NCBI GenBank assembly: GCA_963975235.1
Contig: CAXBGV010000001.1
Location: 1-63,578, forward strand
Length of the DNA stretch: 63,578 nucleotides
Direction of reading: 5' to 3'
From: an uncultured Flavobacterium sp.
Lineage (GTDB): Bacteria; Bacteroidota; Bacteroidia; Flavobacteriales; Flavobacteriaceae
Positions within the stretch are counted from its first letter, which is position 1. Every line of letters begins with the position of its first letter. Below are positions 1 through 10,800 of this stretch, piece after piece. The notes below the pieces were generated by a model. It was not told where the DNA came from. It did no database searches and saw only the letters and a program-made list of their open reading frames with translations. The position numbers and the translations under genes are program-made.

Positions 1-403
1 AAGTAAAAAATATATATTTAAAACAGCATAAAAGTTTTGTTAATTTTTTTAATTGTTCATTTATATGAAAGTATCGTACTACTTAAGCTGCGTTATCTGG
101 CAACTTTTTCTAAATTCTGAACTTTTTTAAACGTGATATAAATTAGTAGTACTAATGAGTCAAACAGTTTAAAAACTTCCAACTTTCTTATTGAAATATT
201 TGTTTTAAAAAGCGTTATTTTTTTTGATGACTAACTGGTTTCTAAGATCATTAAGTATGTTATTACACTACTAAAAAAGATGGCTTAAGAGTGAATTCAG
301 CACTAGTGCCACCAGAAACCAACTCCCGCCTCTTGCATCATCGATTGATGATCTATATTGTAATCTATAATGATGCAGTTTAAAAGGAATCATGTAACTC
401 TTA

Positions 404-449
404 CCGCCCCGCAATTGTTCGGACCAAAGGGAGGCCAATTGTGGGGCGG
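404..449. repeat. GC-rich hairpin
   Basis: CCGCCCCGCAATTG ... CAATTGTGGGGCGG inverted repeat in AT-rich context. Confidence 0.6.
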
Positions 450-536
450 CGCACTTTCATACAGCAATTTGCTTATGTTGAAATGGCTAATTTTTGAGCA
501 TCATTGTCATTTAAAATTATATATAATTATAAATAA

Positions 537-560
537 GACAGGCAGTATATTCTACCTGTC
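537..560 (-). terminator. Probable intrinsic terminator of the DUF932 gene
   Basis: GACAGGCAG/CTACCTGTC stem just downstream of the stop, followed by a T-rich run on the minus strand. Confidence 0.5.
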
Positions 561-568
561 CCATTGTG

Positions 569-1600
569 TTAGTTTAGTTCTACTATAGTACCCTTTGCAG
601 CATAATTGGTACAAAGATCAAAAGCAGTTTGCGCACGTAATTGTCCGGTACCACCCATTAGTATAGAAGCTAGTTTTGCTTCATCATCCTTATAAGAACG
701 TACATTTTGAAAGTATCCTGTTATGGCGTTATATGCTCCGAAAACCGTGCCTTTGGTGGTGTTCATTAGTTGAGTTGGGTCGCTCATGGCATATTCATAA
801 GCATTATCTACCATATTAATAAAACAAGTTGATAGGTCCTCTGTTCTACCTTCTTGTAAGGTTTTAAGAACCTCTTTACTAGGAGCCAGAGCAGAGTGAA
901 TGAGCTTTTTTACTTCATTATCTGAAATACGTACTTTTGTCCAGTTATTGAAAATTGATTCCAATTGTAAAGCTAGGCGATCAGAAATCCCCATGACTTT
1001 GTGTGCTTGCTCAAGCCTTTGTTTTGCGTTAGAAGTATGGCGTATGCGAACAGTATTAGTTTGGTTTCGCAATGCTGCATTGAGAGTGTTGGCGCATACG
1101 ATACGGATGGGAGTAAAAGCAGCGGTAATGCTTCCACTTCCATCATGGGAGGTGGTCAAGAACAGGTATTTTTCGATAAGGTCATCATTACCTACACGGA
1201 TATAGTCAGGTAACTTGGCAGTTATGAAGATGCGTTCCCCATGACCCAATGCTCCAGCTGTCTCGTAGAGCATACCGTCGCCACCCACAATGCTGTCAAA
1301 AAAAGAAAAAGCATCTCTATTCTGTACGATTTGGTAGTCTTTACCTACCACTCCCAAAACGGTATCGTTGTCCGTGCGTACGGTACTGAAAAAGTTGGGG
1401 ACTTCTATGCGCATGTCCTGGAGACTGCTTGTGAAAAGTTTTCTTTTTTCGACTTCGTAGTCCAGGCCTGCGTGTTTGATTGCCTCCGCGCTTGTGGGGT
1501 AGTCTTGAATGACTTGCCCTAGATTGTGCCATGCTTTTTCCTTTGTGCTAAAAAAACTGTGTTTTTTTGTTTGCTCATTGAAATTTAAATGGTGTGCCAT
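569..1600 (-). CDS. DUF932-family phage/plasmid-like protein (LGT_TIGR03299-like)
   Basis: 343 aa; AWHNLG, YETAGAL, TTSHDGSGS and RIVCANTL...RHT motifs typical of this mobile-element family. Confidence 0.85.
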   Translation of the reverse strand: MAHHLNFNEQTKKHSFFSTKEKAWHNLGQVIQDYPTSAEAIKHAGLDYEVEKRKLFTSSLQDMRIEVPNFFSTVRTDNDTVLGVVGKDYQIVQNRDAFSFFDSIVGGDGMLYETAGALGHGERIFITAKLPDYIRVGNDDLIEKYLFLTTSHDGSGSITAAFTPIRIVCANTLNAALRNQTNTVRIRHTSNAKQRLEQAHKVMGISDRLALQLESIFNNWTKVRISDNEVKKLIHSALAPSKEVLKTLQEGRTEDLSTCFINMVDNAYEYAMSDPTQLMNTTKGTVFGAYNAITGYFQNVRSYKDDEAKLASILMGGTGQLRAQTAFDLCTNYAAKGTIVELN

Positions 1601-1659
1601 GATCTAAAAATTTTATGATTACTACTATTTTTATTTCTTCCCAGTCTCCTCAAAAAAAT

Positions 1660-1824
1660 GTTTTCAAAAAGAAAAACGGAGAAAAAGAAAGCAAGAATAA
1701 AGGGGCTTAAGGAAGTGGAGAGCAATAAGTCCCGTAGGGTGACAAGTGCAACGCAGTCATTATGTGCTAGCAACATTCTTAAGACACTATCTTAGCTGCC
1801 TTTTAGTCCGTTTCGAGTGGAAAC
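1660..1824. promoter_or_regulatory. Long imperfect stem-loop upstream of DUF932 (possible ssDNA promoter or primosome signal)
   Basis: 1660-1711 is an imperfect reverse complement of 1778-1824 (GTTTTC..GAAAAACGGA..AAAAG..AGC..AAGA..CTTAAG). Confidence 0.4.
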
Positions 1825-2285
1825 TTCCTTACAACTTCTTGTTTTTTCTACGAAAAAATCTCTGCAATTTTATTATCAGCTGGGGGGAATTTTTACTAGT
1901 ATATAGGAATAAGGTATCTACTATTGAATTGGGAGAAATAGAAACGGCTCCAAATCCGATGGCTGGGGGATGATGCAACTGCAGAAAGTACTGGGGGTGA
2001 GAGACGGAATACTGCTGGAATGAAGTGAAACGGAATGAAGCGGTATTATGGCTGGTTTAGACCTGCCGAACAGATGAAATGAATGTGTAAAGGTTAGGAA
2101 CGAAACAGTGCAAAAAAAAACAGCTGCTGTTTTTCAAGCTGCTGTTTATTTAGTACTGTAAAGGGTCTGTGGAATGGAGAGAAAACTAACTGTTAAATCG
2201 ATGTGATAAATTGCTTATTTACCAAAAGGGCGCTTATGAAAATGTAGGGTTGACCGACTGGAGCAGCCGAACGGAACAAAGAGAA

Positions 2286-4049
2286 TTACCGAAGAGAGAC
2301 TGTTTGATTGCCCGTCATACTTTGTGATATAATTAAATTTCTCCATTTATCAGGAAAGAAAGGAGTTTGGAAATAATTATGAGCCAGATCTTTTAAAAAA
2401 GGGTATCCTGCTTGATTGGTACGATAATTATACTCAAATTCAGTTTTCTTGTTTTCTATCTTTTTTTTAAATTCTTCAAAATTTAAATCTTTATTAAAGT
2501 TTTTTGTCAATCTTGTTTCTGATTGATAACCATCCCTAAAGGATTTTGAAAACAATTGTTCTTCCAAATCATTTTCCTTGTCTTTGACTAAATGTGTAGA
2601 AGTTGAATTTATTCCATGGTGAGGCACAAATAATCCTAAATCAATTTTACGTTCAAGAATAAATTCTTTCATGATATTGTATTCTTCTTCCATATCTAAT
2701 AAAGCGAGATATTCCATTAAAACCGTAAGAATAGGAGAAGTACTATCCGAAAAATAGACCGGTTTAACACCTGTAACAGTGAATCTAATCACATTTTCAA
2801 TACTGTTATTTGCATCAGGAATAAAGTCTAAGTTTTCTTTTGCATACTTAATTTGTCCCAGAACTAATTTTACATAATTTTTAGCATTCTGTAATTCTCC
2901 AAAATCAATAAATAAATTAAGAATACTGATTATAGTTGATGAATGAATGTCAATAAGTGGCCTAGAAGAGACACTATTTTGATTAATAATATTTACTAGT
3001 TGTAGATGCATACTTTCGTCATTGATTTTTTTATTATAAAATCTTTCTACATTCAGCAAAAAACAAAAATAGTCCAAATACTCAAAAGTTCTTTTTGTAT
3101 ATCCAATTTGCTCATATCTTCCCGAATGTTCAGAAGACAGACCATCTTTTAGATTAGCAATAGGAATTGTTCTTTGAAAGTATTCTAATAATACTTTATA
3201 ATAGAAATTAAAAACCTGATCAAAATATTTAGTTACAGCTTTGTCGTTTTCTAAATTGTTCTTTAAAATCCAATGCCAGAACTTTATCACTAAATGGGTT
3301 AAATATCTCTTTGCGATTTCAAGATTGTTGTATTCTTTCGACTCTGTATATATGATAAACCCGATAAGCTTAAAAGTTTCGAATAGTAGTTGCCATCTTC
3401 GAGAAAGTTTTTTAGATTTTTTCCATTCTTCTTTGGAAAGTATTACTTCCAATAAATCTACGAAATCCGATGTTATCCCATCATTTGTATCTAAATTTAC
3501 TAAAACTCGATTGAATAATTTAGTGGTTTTTGGATCTACCAGTAAATATTCACCAAAAAGTTTTCCGGAAAACAGAAGTGTCAGGCGTGAAATATCCCAA
3601 CGATCAAAAGAAGTGTTGACTAAATTATTTTGTGTTGCTACTACAAATGATTCAAAAGTAGCCTGTACACTTCCCTTGATCACACCATTATGTACAATTA
3701 CAATTTTTAATGGTAATTGGTCGAACTCAGGAAAAGCAGAAACAAATTTATTATAGCTAGCTTGAGTTAAAGAATCTTGAATACCGTCTTTTCCATAAAA
3801 GTTGCCATCAGTGATGTCTCTATCTTTTCCACCTTTTAATTCAAAATAAAACCTTTTTTTGATATTATCTTCATCAATACCTATGGCTACTATATCTTTT
3901 CCATATTCGGGTAATCCTAGATACTCTGTTGGTTTGGATAAAATAGCAAACCCCATGGATTCTAATAAAATAGGAAAAATTCTATTTAACTCATTTTTTT
4001 CAGTTAATGATTCTAAGTACTCTTTGACAATTATATTTTTTATATCCAT
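2286..4049 (-). CDS. Protein with N-terminal Mrr-like PD-(D/E)xK nuclease domain; putative defence effector
   Basis: 587 aa; ELxxxxxxLLESMGF...EYGKDIVA...FELK pattern, helical C-terminus; 3 bp from the upstream gene. Confidence 0.6.
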   Translation of the reverse strand: MDIKNIIVKEYLESLTEKNELNRIFPILLESMGFAILSKPTEYLGLPEYGKDIVAIGIDEDNIKKRFYFELKGGKDRDITDGNFYGKDGIQDSLTQASYNKFVSAFPEFDQLPLKIVIVHNGVIKGSVQATFESFVVATQNNLVNTSFDRWDISRLTLLFSGKLFGEYLLVDPKTTKLFNRVLVNLDTNDGITSDFVDLLEVILSKEEWKKSKKLSRRWQLLFETFKLIGFIIYTESKEYNNLEIAKRYLTHLVIKFWHWILKNNLENDKAVTKYFDQVFNFYYKVLLEYFQRTIPIANLKDGLSSEHSGRYEQIGYTKRTFEYLDYFCFLLNVERFYNKKINDESMHLQLVNIINQNSVSSRPLIDIHSSTIISILNLFIDFGELQNAKNYVKLVLGQIKYAKENLDFIPDANNSIENVIRFTVTGVKPVYFSDSTSPILTVLMEYLALLDMEEEYNIMKEFILERKIDLGLFVPHHGINSTSTHLVKDKENDLEEQLFSKSFRDGYQSETRLTKNFNKDLNFEEFKKKIENKKTEFEYNYRTNQAGYPFLKDLAHNYFQTPFFPDKWRNLIISQSMTGNQTVSLR

Positions 4050-4052
4050 TAC

Positions 4053-5936
4053 TTAGAAATTTTCAAGATTTTGTTCATAAACAGGAGGGTTTTTATAGGC
4101 TCTAGTATCGATCATCATACTTGATTCAAAATAACCTAATGGTAGAATGTCTTCTGAATCATCATTTTTCCACGCTCTTCCTCTGACAATTACCATGTTT
4201 TTCATCATGGACAAGAATGAGTTTTTATCCTTATCTATGTTCTTCATCATTTTGGCCTGATTTTCATGCTCTAAACGATAGTATAAATCCATTAGATTTC
4301 TTTCGTTTTCTTTAGGATCTAAGTCTTTAATTTTTGCCTTAAACTCACGCATTTTAGAATATTCATCGAAAGCCTTTTGTAAAGGAATTAGAAAATCTTT
4401 GTCTTTTTTCGAGTTGGTTAAATTCTTTTTGATGAGATCAAGTAGTGATTCTTGATAAACCTCAAAGATTAATTCAGCTAACTTAGTCTGCAAATAATCT
4501 TTTACTTCTTTTAAATTAGACTCTTTTAATTTCAATAAGAGAGGAAGTAAATCATCAATGGAATGAGGATAATTGCAAATACTGTCGATTGCAAACAATT
4601 GAGCCTGTTTTTCTGACAACTTTAATAAATTGACTTGATGTACTCCCCCATGAGTAGAAAGAATTATTTTGACAGCCAATAAACTATACTTCCTAAAGTT
4701 AAATAAGTCTAAAATTTGTTCTTCTGTTTCTTCTTTGTTTGTGTCTAAAAAATGATTTAGTGAATTCTTAAACAAATCTATTGAATCCCTAAATCCAGAT
4801 GCATCATATCTTTTTATTAGAATGTCAAAAAGGTATTGTGGGTTTTTGAAATTATGGAAAAAATAGTTGAATACATTGAAATTCTGTGTATTGTTCAGAT
4901 AGACATTTAACAGATAATATTTTTCATATTCATATTTTTCTAAACTATACTGGATATTTTGAAAAGCACTGTCCGCCTTTTTATGATCTTCTGATTTCAA
5001 AAGCTTAACAAGCTCTTTGATGGAATTTTCTTTAATTTCAGCTGATGCATTATCATTTTCAATGAAATTACAAAATAAAACACTTTTTAGATTTACTAAT
5101 TCAATGGTTATTGGTTCAATCTTATTTAGTAACTCAAATAATTGTTTTATATCTGACCCGTTCGAAAGATTATAACCACTGAATGCTTTCAATGCAGTAA
5201 TTGGATCTTTTTCAAATATTAAAATAGAATCATCAAAAGTATCATTATGACCTTCATTATATAAGCCAATAAATAAATTTGGAATTAAAACAGAATACTT
5301 CTGAAAATCATTTTTAATACCAAATTCAGCTAACTGTTTGGCAAGTGTACTATGATTTTTTCCTAACCCTCTTAGAAAATTATAGATGTAATTTGAAGGG
5401 TGTTTCTCGGAGTTATTGTATTCTATGCAGGAGCTTAGAATTACTTCTTCGCAAGCATTTGTAATTATTAAAAACTGAAAATATGGGTCTATAAAATTAG
5501 AGCTATCCCTTCTTTTTTGTTTTTTGTCCTTTATGAATTCAACATAGAAATCATAAACGCAAAGTTGATTATTTAGAATGGTGAGGACAAATGCTTTTAA
5601 CGCATTAATTGAGTTAGTAAATTCCTTACTTGAATCGTCTATACAATATTTGTTTTTCAGGTACTTTTCAAAATCATCTATGAAAAGAAACGTGTCAACA
5701 ATATTGTCAGGTAGTTTTCTTTTTAATTCCGTTTCGGCAATATTTAATAGTAGCTCGTTAAATAAAAAGGAATCTAAATTAATTTCAAGGTATTGGAGAT
5801 CCTTCTCTACAATTTTTAATACTCCTTGTTTTAAAAGGACGACATGATCCAGTATTTCGGAAAATTTATATTTACCTTTTCTGTTCTCAAAGGTATAGTG
5901 TATCAAATCCGTTATTTTGTCAATATTTTGATTCAT
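4053..5936 (-). CDS. Hypothetical alpha-helical protein, partner of the downstream nuclease-like gene
   Basis: 627 aa ORF, low GC, coupled to 2286..4049. Confidence 0.7.
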   Translation of the reverse strand: MNQNIDKITDLIHYTFENRKGKYKFSEILDHVVLLKQGVLKIVEKDLQYLEINLDSFLFNELLLNIAETELKRKLPDNIVDTFLFIDDFEKYLKNKYCIDDSSKEFTNSINALKAFVLTILNNQLCVYDFYVEFIKDKKQKRRDSSNFIDPYFQFLIITNACEEVILSSCIEYNNSEKHPSNYIYNFLRGLGKNHSTLAKQLAEFGIKNDFQKYSVLIPNLFIGLYNEGHNDTFDDSILIFEKDPITALKAFSGYNLSNGSDIKQLFELLNKIEPITIELVNLKSVLFCNFIENDNASAEIKENSIKELVKLLKSEDHKKADSAFQNIQYSLEKYEYEKYYLLNVYLNNTQNFNVFNYFFHNFKNPQYLFDILIKRYDASGFRDSIDLFKNSLNHFLDTNKEETEEQILDLFNFRKYSLLAVKIILSTHGGVHQVNLLKLSEKQAQLFAIDSICNYPHSIDDLLPLLLKLKESNLKEVKDYLQTKLAELIFEVYQESLLDLIKKNLTNSKKDKDFLIPLQKAFDEYSKMREFKAKIKDLDPKENERNLMDLYYRLEHENQAKMMKNIDKDKNSFLSMMKNMVIVRGRAWKNDDSEDILPLGYFESSMMIDTRAYKNPPVYEQNLENF

Positions 5937-6079
5937 GAAATGTACTGTATTTTTTTCATACTTGTTTTTTGAATTTAAGATTATTCAAATATTATTTTAA
6001 ATGAATTTCTATAAATCCTAAAGCTGTAATAAATTTACAGCTTTCATGATTATCTACTTTACTAAAGTATATAAAAAAA

Positions 6080-6125
6080 CTTGCAAGACATCCAACAATT
6101 CAAAATTTATTGGATGTTTTGTAAG
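6080..6125. promoter_or_regulatory. 16-bp inverted repeat: terminator of 6144..6758 and/or operator for the nuclease operon
   Basis: CTTGCAAGACATCCAA-N14-TTGGATGTTTTGTAAG (14/16 match), next to a -7-like TATACTTTAG on the minus strand. Confidence 0.45.
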
Positions 6126-6143
6126 GCAGTGTTTTTTTACAAT

Positions 6144-6758
6144 TTAATTCTTAAATAAATCTTCCTTGCCATTTTTAGCAGAATAGAACTCTTTTACTTT
6201 TTCTATGTCTAAGCCGTTTATTAATTCATCAATTTCTTGCGCTGAACTAAAAACAAAACGGAAGCCATCACTTTTAATAAATTGGTTAGAACTGGATTGC
6301 AAGGCATCGCTATCAATAATCAACAAGTATTTATCGTTTATTATTCTAAAACGGGTTGAAAGGTTAACTGAATAATCAAAGTTCCATTTGCCATAAAGGA
6401 ATGCACCTCTGTAATTCAAATTCTTGTATTCAATTTTCTTGTCCAGTTCCGTTACTTTATTTTCTATAGCAGTTTGTTTCCATTTTAAAAAGGTCTCTTT
6501 TATACTTGCAAGAAATTCAATGAAATCCGGAACTTCTTTATTTTTTAGCATTAACGATGCTTTACGACTCGAACTGTCTGAAGAGAAGCAATCAATGTAA
6601 TAATCAAAATCGCCTTTTTCATTTGGTTTCCCTGCTTGAATTTCAAAGTTTTTCGACAAATAAGTCGAATTGTAAGTGGCAATTTTTTCCTGACCCAATA
6701 CATTTCCACTAAACATAAAAGTCACAATCCCTGCGATAATCATAATTTTCTTTAACAT
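6144..6758 (-). CDS. Hypothetical exported protein
   Basis: 204 aa with N-terminal signal peptide (MLKKIMIIAGIVTFMFSGNVLGQ); divergent from the WYL gene. Confidence 0.7.
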   Translation of the reverse strand: MLKKIMIIAGIVTFMFSGNVLGQEKIATYNSTYLSKNFEIQAGKPNEKGDFDYYIDCFSSDSSSRKASLMLKNKEVPDFIEFLASIKETFLKWKQTAIENKVTELDKKIEYKNLNYRGAFLYGKWNFDYSVNLSTRFRIINDKYLLIIDSDALQSSSNQFIKSDGFRFVFSSAQEIDELINGLDIEKVKEFYSAKNGKEDLFKN

Positions 6759-6856
6759 ACTATTTTCTTTTTAAATTAGATTACAAAACTATTTGCTATT
6801 AGTGCAGTCTATTCGCATCGTTTAGTTTTAAATTTACCCTATCAAACTTTTCAACT

Positions 6857-7861
6857 ATGGCCATCAACAAAAATGCTCTTATTCGTTTTCACGCTTTAGA
6901 CAAATGTTTTAATAATTTCAATATGAAATTTTATTTAGATGATTTACTGGAAAATTGTAATGAAGCTTTATATGAACTCAATCCTGATGGGGATGGTATA
7001 AAAAAACGTCAACTTTTTGAAGATATTAAGTTTATGGAAAGTAGTCAAGGTTGGTCTGTGCCACTAGATCGAATTAAAGAAGGGCGGAAAGTATATTATC
7101 GCTATGAAACTTCTGATTTTTCAATCAATAAGCAACCTATGAACGAACTGGAAGCCGAAAAATTGAAATCAGCTTTATTGGTTTTGTCCCGTTTTAAAGG
7201 AATGCCACAATTTGAATGGGTCAATGAATTGATTTTGAAGTTGCAAGAAGCTTTCAAATTGCAATCGCACGAAAGGGAAATCATTAGTTTTGACGCCAAT
7301 GAATACCTGAAAAACATTCATTTTCTAGGTGATTTGTTCAATGCTATTTTGTACAAAAAAGTGTTGCAAGTGGATTATCAATCTTTCAAAAGCGATATGA
7401 TGACTACATTGGAAATTCATCCACATTATCTGAAACAATATAATAATCGCTGGTTTTTAATTGGAAATAATCCGCAATTTGAAAATTTCACCAATTTGGC
7501 TTTGGATAGGATTGTTTCTTTTTCGGAAACAAACAAAAAGTATCAAGTTTCCCCAATTGATTTTAATGAATATTTTGATGATGTTATTGGGGTTTCTATT
7601 TCTCCTGAATCTACAGTTTCGAAAATCACTTTGTTTGCAACACCCGATTTAGCACCTTATATAATAACCAAACCCTTACACGGTTCACAAAAGAAAATCA
7701 GTATTGATGAAACCGGCTTTACTTTTTCTATAGAAGTGATTCCCAATCATGAATTGGAAAAAATGATTTTATCCTTTGGAGCCGGATTGAAAGTGATGGA
7801 GCCCGACTTTTTTAAAAATGCTATAAAGCTACGGTTAGTACGCAGTTTGGCCAATTATTAG
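6857..7861 (+). CDS. WYL-domain transcriptional regulator (wHTH-WYL-WCX)
   Basis: 334 aa; HPHYLKQYNNRWFLIG and ALDRI WYL motifs, N-terminal HTH; stop overlaps the hsdR stop. Confidence 0.9.
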   Translation: MAINKNALIRFHALDKCFNNFNMKFYLDDLLENCNEALYELNPDGDGIKKRQLFEDIKFMESSQGWSVPLDRIKEGRKVYYRYETSDFSINKQPMNELEAEKLKSALLVLSRFKGMPQFEWVNELILKLQEAFKLQSHEREIISFDANEYLKNIHFLGDLFNAILYKKVLQVDYQSFKSDMMTTLEIHPHYLKQYNNRWFLIGNNPQFENFTNLALDRIVSFSETNKKYQVSPIDFNEYFDDVIGVSISPESTVSKITLFATPDLAPYIITKPLHGSQKKISIDETGFTFSIEVIPNHELEKMILSFGAGLKVMEPDFFKNAIKLRLVRSLANY

Positions 7862-10800
7862 GCAAACATAGCATTTTCATTGACCTGATTGATTACTTGA
7901 ATCACTTTCATGGCCTTGTCTTCTTCCGGGAATATACCAAAAACGCCTTGGTCGTGATGTTCATTAAATGGGGCTTGTGTCAGTAATTGTTTTTCTATTA
8001 CTCCTTTTTGGTTGAGGTACTGGATTATTTTTTGGATGAACGTAATTTGGTTGGCATTCAAATTTCCTTTGGAGATAAAATCCGAGAATAATTGATTGGC
8101 AATTTCAATATCTAAACCAACTATATTTCGAACAAACTTACCTAATGGTTGTTCTCCGTATTCTTTTATAAAACGGTCTTTGCTTTCCAAAGCTTCTTTC
8201 AACAGGAATTGTTCCAATAGCTCCAATTCATTGCTAGTAATAGGTAAATTTTTATATAATTTATCAATCACCAAATGGGATTTGTTTTTTCTAATAAAGG
8301 CTTCTACACGGTCTTTATAACTTTGTAATGAAGTATATGTAGCCAAAAGATCTACTTCTTCAACGCCATCTTTTGAAAGCTCATCAGTAAAGGAAGTATA
8401 AACAGGGTCTAGTTTCTTTTCGTCTTTTAGAAACTGGATTAAATCACGAAGTTCTTGACGGATTACTTCTAATTGTTGCACATTAACCGTACTCCAGAAT
8501 TGTTCGTTTTGTAGTTGTTTGATTGTCGCTATTTTGGCTTGAACGGCAGGAATATTACGTTTCGTAAATAGCATATTCACAATATCATACATATTATCAA
8601 TGTGTCTTACTTGCGCTTTATTTCCAGTAATCAATGCCAGTTGTAGTTTGTAAACCAATAAATCAAATCGTTTAGCAAATTCGTCCTTGTCTTGGTTGTA
8701 ATCTATTAAATGAGATAAATTACTTTGTATATTGAGTACATCGCCTTGCAGCAAATTGTTCCATCTTGCTCTGTTTTTATATTCTAAAACATAACGCCAG
8801 TGTTTGCGGACTTCAAAACGGGCATCATCTAAATGATCCACCAATAGGTGTAAATCATCCGTGAATTGTACTTGAATGTGTTCTTGTTCTTCGGTTGGGT
8901 CTTGCAACTGACGCACTGTCATCACAATTTCCAGTTTTGTATTGAAGGTTTGTTGGGCTAAAGAAAGGGCAGTTTTTTGTGTTTCCCCATCTGGATTATC
9001 TCCAAAATATTCAAAATTGCCACAGAAATCAAAGATTAAAAAATATTCTTTGTCTATTCCCGGCGCAAAAATATCCGGACACAAACGCGTGCCTCGACCA
9101 ATCATTTGCCAGTATTTTGAAGACGATTTTACTTCTTTAAAAAACACTAAGTTTAATACTCTAGGCGCATCCACACCAGTATCCATCATATCTACGGAAA
9201 CGGCAATTTGAGGCTCTTTTTCGTCGCCTTTATCAAAACAAAATTTCTCTAGAAGATCTTGGGCTTTGTCTTCGTAATTGTCAATTACCCGAAGGAAACT
9301 GCCTCCATATTGAGGATAGTTTTTATTGAAGCGTTCCTCTATAAAAACGGCATGTTTGTGGTTTTTTGCAAAAAGAATGGTCTTGCCGAGTTTATCACCT
9401 CCGGCAATTTTCTGGCCATTAGTCATCAAATAGTCTAATACTTTATCGATAGTATCGGTGTTGTACAACCAGGTATTGATCTTGCTTTTATCCACATCGC
9501 AAACTTGGTTTTCGTCTCCAAATTGGACACCAAATAGTTCTTTGAAACGTATTTTATCTTCCTCTGAAAGGTCTTCATATTTAATCCCTTCCCTTGGGAA
9601 TTTAAGCGGAATTTTAAATGCTTTGGGTGGCTTTAGATAATTATCCGCAACCGCTTTATTTAATTCGTAAGCGTATGTTGGATTACCATCTTCAATTTCG
9701 AATAATCTATAAGTGTTTTTATCCACTTCTGTTTTAGGTGTGGCAGTCAATCCAATTAAAATGCAATCGAAATAATTAAAAATGGATTGGTATTTTTGAT
9801 ACACAGAACGGTGTGCTTCGTCAATGATAATCACATCAAAATGACCGACACCATAAAAACGTTCGTCTTCGTTTTTGAGGCTGTCAATTTTGTTCAGGAT
9901 GGTAGGGTAGGTCGAGAAAACGACTCTAGTACCATTATCTTCTTTTTCTTTAGTTAAATCAATGGCTGACAAGTGTGGCAAATGTTCTTTGAAAGCATTT
10001 TTGGCTTGTGTTACCAAGGCATTTCTATCCGCCAAAAACAATATTCTTTTGGCCCAGTTGCATTTGGTAAACATATCTACCATAGCCGCTGCGGTTCTTG
10101 TTTTTCCACTTCCGGTTGCCATGACTAACAAGGCTTTTCTACTCGTTCCTTTGAGTTTGTTTTGGTTGGTGGTTACCAAATGTTCTGCTACCCTTTTGAT
10201 GGCTTCCAGCTGATAATACCTTCCAGCTATAGCTGTGTTTACCGCAAATTCTCTTAAATCCTTACGGGAAAAACGTCTTTCAATAAGTAGCTGTAATTCT
10301 TCTTTGGTATAAAAACCTTGTACTTTTCTATCTGGATAAAAAGTATCGTCCCAAATGTGGGTTTCAAAACCATTACTGTAAAAAATTATTGGACGTTGCC
10401 CTGTACTCTCTTCCAAACATTTTGCATAAAGACTGGCTTGATGCTTTCCTTTGGTGGCAGAGTGGATGGTACTTTTGGCTTCTACCACTGCCAGTGGTAA
10501 CCCGTTATCGCCCCATAACACATAATCTACAAAACCTTTTCCTGATGGATTTGTAGTTAATGGCATTCCTGTAACTTCGAATTCTATTTCTCGCCCTTCT
10601 CTCAGCTTATCCCAACCTGCTTCTCGCAATAGTAAATCAATTAGAATAAGGCGTGTTTGATGTTCGGATGTGAGTTCAGGAATAGCTTTTTCAACTGCTA
10701 TTTCCTGAAAACGTTCTTCTTTACGTTCGGCAATGAGTTGCAATTGTGCTTCTAATTGTTTGCGCAGTAAACCATTTTCATCTGCAAGTTTTTCCTGTTC

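Noticed and set aside
370-588. 72-aa plus-strand ORF
   Set aside because: It runs through two hairpins, overlaps the DUF932 stop and shows no protein-like features.
3241-3756. 171-aa plus-strand ORF and the many similar short ORFs overlapping long genes
   Set aside because: Antisense or out-of-frame shadows of well-supported CDSs, Ser/Phe/Leu-rich and without motifs.
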